NCBI GenBank assembly: GCA_044229445.1
Contig: JBGASX010000011.1
Coordinates: 7,712-71,711 of the forward strand
DNA: 64,000 nucleotides
Source of the DNA: Gemmatimonadales bacterium
GTDB lineage: Bacteria; Gemmatimonadota; Gemmatimonadetes; Gemmatimonadales; GWC2-71-9
Direction: 5' to 3'
The translations under genes were made by a program, and so were the position numbers. The notes under the pieces are model-generated. The model was not told the origin of the DNA. It did not search any database and saw nothing but the letters and a program-made list of their open reading frames with translations. Positions 61,349 to 64,000 of the stretch are shown here, piece after piece; position 1 is the first letter of the stretch, and each line of letters opens with the position of its first letter.

Positions 61349-62587
61349 GTGATGCGGCGTACGGTATTGTTCGTCGACCCCCCCGCCTTCTGCACCACGG
61401 TCGAAGGGCTGGTGGCCCCCGCGCTCCGGGAACGGCCGGTCGCGGTCGCGGCCCCGGGCGCGGACCGCGCCACGATCCTCGCGCTGTCGGCCGAAGCCCG
61501 CTCGGCGGGGATCACGCGGGGGATGACGGTGCGTGAGGCGCGGAAGCGCTGCCCCGATCTCATCCTCCGCCCGCCGAACCCGCAGCTCTACGCCCGCGCC
61601 TCCCGCGCACTCGACGAGATCCTCCGCCGCTATGCGCCGGTGATCGAGCCGAAGGGCTACGGCCACGCCTTTCTCGATCTCACCGGCACCGGCCGGCTCT
61701 TCGGCCCCGCGGTGGATGTGGCGATGCGGATCCAGCGCGAGGCCGGCGAGCGGCTCCGCATCCCGCTCGCCGCCGGCGTGGCGCAGAACAAGCTGGTGAG
61801 TCAGGCAGCATCGGACGTCGTCAAACGCCGTCACGACGACATCCTCGACATCGCCGCCGGCAGCGAGGCCTCCTTCCTCGCCCCCGAACCGGTGACCCTG
61901 CTCCCCGAGCTCGGCGAGAAGATGAAGAGCCGGCTCGACGACTATCAGCTCGAGTGGATCCACGAGATCCAGACGATCGGCGATCACGCCCTCGCCTCCG
62001 TCTTCGGCCCGCCCGGCCGGCTCCTCGGCCAGCACGCGCAGGGGATCGACCCCCGCCCCGTGCTGCCCCCCGCGGTGAAGGCGGAGTTCCGCGCGGCGCA
62101 CACCCTCGCGAGCGACACCAACAACCTCACCGAACTGCACCGCGTGCTCCGTCACCTGACCGACCGGCTCGGCAGCCGGCTCCGCGCCCGCCACCTCGCG
62201 GCCCGGCGGATGACGGTCCACCTCGCCTACACCGACTACACCACGGCGAAGCGCAGCGTGCCGCTCGGCTTCGCGGCGCTGGATGTGGAGCTGTGGGAGG
62301 CGGCGCGCCGCGCCTTTGCACTCGCCCAGGAACGGACCGTCGCGATCCGCGCCGTGGGCGTCGTGGTAGATCGCTTCCTGGAGGCGGACCTGCAGCTCGA
62401 GCTGTGGACGGGAGTACCGAGTACCGAGTACCGAGTCCCGAGTGCAACGGCCGTCGATTCCGTACTCGGAACTCGGAACTCGGAACTCGGTACTGAACAC
62501 CGTCCTCGCCCCAGAGACGGAGCTCTTCAGACCGCGCTCGACCGCATCCGCACCCGCTGGGGGACGCGGGGCGTGAAAGTGGGATAG
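61349..62587 (+). CDS. Y-family DNA polymerase homologue lacking catalytic Asp-Glu (ImuB-like)
   Basis: The Y-family layout is present (LFVDPPAFCTTVE, LAAGVAQNKLVSQAAS, LLPELGEKMKSRL). The SIDEAFLD motif is replaced by GYGHAFLD. A clamp-binding-like motif QLELW is present. The C-terminal ALDRIRTRWG block lies after an inserted repeat. Confidence 0.8.
   Translation: MMRRTVLFVDPPAFCTTVEGLVAPALRERPVAVAAPGADRATILALSAEARSAGITRGMTVREARKRCPDLILRPPNPQLYARASRALDEILRRYAPVIEPKGYGHAFLDLTGTGRLFGPAVDVAMRIQREAGERLRIPLAAGVAQNKLVSQAASDVVKRRHDDILDIAAGSEASFLAPEPVTLLPELGEKMKSRLDDYQLEWIHEIQTIGDHALASVFGPPGRLLGQHAQGIDPRPVLPPAVKAEFRAAHTLASDTNNLTELHRVLRHLTDRLGSRLRARHLAARRMTVHLAYTDYTTAKRSVPLGFAALDVELWEAARRAFALAQERTVAIRAVGVVVDRFLEADLQLELWTGVPSTEYRVPSATAVDSVLGTRNSELGTEHRPRPRDGALQTALDRIRTRWGTRGVKVG
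62413..62494. repeat. heptamer-based imperfect inverted repeat inside the Y-family polymerase gene
   Basis: The components are (AGTACCG)x3 at 62413-62433, AGTCCCG at 62434-62440, a 20-nt spacer, CGTACT, (CGGAACT)x3 at 62467-62487 and CGGTACT at 62488-62494. The CGGAACT unit is the same as at 60748-60768. Confidence 0.9.
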
Positions 62588-62691
62588 TAGCAAATACGGA
62601 CAGGGGGCACGGGGGGACTTCGCCATTGCTGCGGAGGCGGCCTTATCTTGCGTGAAGCCGCGCTGATGCGGCCCTCCATCGAGAGGTTGAT

Positions 62692-64000
62692 ATGACCGAC
62701 CGTCCGGACCCCTCACCGGATGACGGCGCCGCCGATTCCCAACTGCTCGCTCAACTCGCCGAAGGCTACTTCGCGAGCTACGCCCCCCGGGGCGCCATCC
62801 CCGAAACCTCCTCCGCCCTGCGCGCCGTCCTCAGCCGCACCTGCGAACATGGCGTCCCCGCCGATCGCCTGACACTCCTGGCCCAGCCGCAGCTCGAGAC
62901 GAAACCAGCTCGCATCGGACCGCGCTCGACATCCGCCGCCGGTCTCCCCGCGATCCTCAGCACCTTCCGCGTAGCACTGCCGCAGATGGGCGTCTCGGAC
63001 ACGCTGCGCGCCTTTCTCCGGGTGAACCAGAAGGACGGCTTCGACTGTCAGAGCTGCGCCTGGCCTTCGCCCGACGGCAAGCGGCACCAGTTCGAGTTCT
63101 GCGAGAGCGGCGCCAAGGCGATGGCGTCGGAGGGCACCCGCCGCACCATCGGCGCCGATTTCTTCCGCGAGTGGAGCATCGAGCGCATCGCCGAACAGTC
63201 TGATGCGTGGATGGAGAAGCAGGGCCGCCTCGCCGAACCGATGGTGCGCCGGCCGGGGAGCGCCCACTACGAGCCGATCGGCTGGGACGAGGCGTTCCAG
63301 CTCATCGCCGCGGAACTCAACAGCCTGCGCACCCCCGATGGCGCCACCTTCTACACCTCGGGACGCGCCAGCAACGAGGCGGCGTTCCTGTACCAGCTCT
63401 TCGTCCGCGACTTCGGCACCAACAACCTCCCCGACTGCTCCAACCTGTGCCACGAGTCGAGCGGCACCGCGCTGACCGAGAGCATCGGGATCGGCAAGGG
63501 GACGGTGACACTCGAGGACTTCGAGCAGACCGACCTCATCCTCCTCGTCGGAATGAACCCGGGGACCAATCACCCGCGGATGCTCACCTCACTGGAGCAC
63601 GCGAAGCGGAACGGGGCGACGATCATCGCGATCAACCCGCTGCCGGAGACCGGCCTCTTCCGGTTCACCGATCCCAACCCTGACGAATACCCGACGCCGC
63701 TCCACTTCGCCGCGGGCGTGCTCGCCGGCGGCAAGCCGCTCGCGGATCTGCACCTGCCGGTCCGCATCAACGGCGACATCGCGCTGCTCAAGGGGCTGAT
63801 GAAGGCGCTCTTCGCGGAGGAGGCGGCGCGCGGCGGCGTGCTCGACCAGAGCTTCCTCCGCGACTGCACCAGCGGCTACGAGGCGCTCCGGAACGACATC
63901 GACCAGACCTCATGGGCGGCGATCGAACGCGGCGCAGGTGTCAGTCAGGCGGAGATCGAGAAGGCGGGCCGGCTGATCGCAGCTTCGAAGAAGATGATCT
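62692..64000 (+). CDS. FdhF/YdeP family molybdopterin oxidoreductase, 3' end outside window
   Basis: GAGAGG lies before ATG 62692. Hand translation is open to nt 64000. Family motifs are present: NQKDGFDCQSCAWP, YTSGRASNEAAFLYQLF, NLPDCSNLCHESSG and LILLVGMNPGTNHPRM. It is absent from the track because no stop lies within the window. Confidence 0.85.
   Translation, partial: MTDRPDPSPDDGAADSQLLAQLAEGYFASYAPRGAIPETSSALRAVLSRTCEHGVPADRLTLLAQPQLETKPARIGPRSTSAAGLPAILSTFRVALPQMGVSDTLRAFLRVNQKDGFDCQSCAWPSPDGKRHQFEFCESGAKAMASEGTRRTIGADFFREWSIERIAEQSDAWMEKQGRLAEPMVRRPGSAHYEPIGWDEAFQLIAAELNSLRTPDGATFYTSGRASNEAAFLYQLFVRDFGTNNLPDCSNLCHESSGTALTESIGIGKGTVTLEDFEQTDLILLVGMNPGTNHPRMLTSLEHAKRNGATIIAINPLPETGLFRFTDPNPDEYPTPLHFAAGVLAGGKPLADLHLPVRINGDIALLKGLMKALFAEEAARGGVLDQSFLRDCTSGYEALRNDIDQTSWAAIERGAGVSQAEIEKAGRLIAASKKMI

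Noticed and set aside
62713-63573. 286-aa minus-strand ORF, the only long track ORF in this region
   Set aside because: It is antisense to the open-ended FdhF/YdeP gene (62692 to the window end). That gene has strong family motifs but is missing from the track because it has no in-window stop.
1-64000. Search by eye for tRNA, rRNA, transposase/integrase genes and CRISPR arrays
   Set aside because: I found no T-loop-like GGTTCGAATCC-type motif in an intergenic context, no rRNA-like conserved stretches, no DDE or tyrosine-recombinase motifs, and no spaced repeats. Absence cannot be proven without tRNAscan-SE, Infernal or ISfinder runs.

Overview
High-GC bacterial chromosomal segment (hand counts of typical 60-nt lines give about two thirds G+C), densely coding on both strands. 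About 50 protein-coding genes are supported. I recognised no rRNA, tRNA, CRISPR array, transposase or integrase. Many long ORFs in the track are antisense or out-of-frame shadows, as is typical of high-GC DNA.
Content in order:
(i) A TPR-CHAT protein, an MBL hydrolase, an ABC-2 exporter, an S15-type peptidase and a PLP decarboxylase (1-10.9 kb).
(ii) A secreted lipoprotein / Ig-M8 metalloprotease / DUF62 SAM-hydrolase operon behind a consensus sigma70-type promoter (10.9-14.8 kb).
(iii) A complete lasso-peptide biosynthetic cluster of the kinase plus nucleotidyltransferase type (15.55-22.45 kb). Its 39-codon precursor gene is absent from the ORF track.
(iv) Two RCC1-repeat lipoprotein genes, each next to a TM/TPR Ser/Thr kinase. 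One kinase is translationally coupled to an ECF sigma factor.
(v) Envelope and stress genes (GGDEF cyclase, SH3b lipoprotein, yqjD-yqjE-yqjK-like trio, AI-2E transporter), then peptidases, a PLD, an esterase, ConA-like proteins and a SARP/BTAD-TPR regulator.
(vi) A 21-bp-periodic repeat array, followed by a lower-GC island carrying a DUF5131 (Gp37/Gp68) / TcmP pair and an orphan multi-pass membrane protein (52.8-57.8 kb).
(vii) A DNA-damage-flavoured block with two DinB-fold proteins, an SplB-like radical SAM enzyme and a catalytically dead ImuB-like Y-family polymerase. It is peppered with heptamer-based palindromic repeats, two of which appear to sit in frame inside genes.
(viii) The 5' part of an FdhF/YdeP-type molybdoenzyme gene that runs off the window.
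All family calls come from motif recognition by eye, not from database searches. Start codons are often uncertain. Taxonomy cannot be established from this window; the gene content is reminiscent of soil Gemmatimonadota/Acidobacteriota-like genomes, which is inference only.
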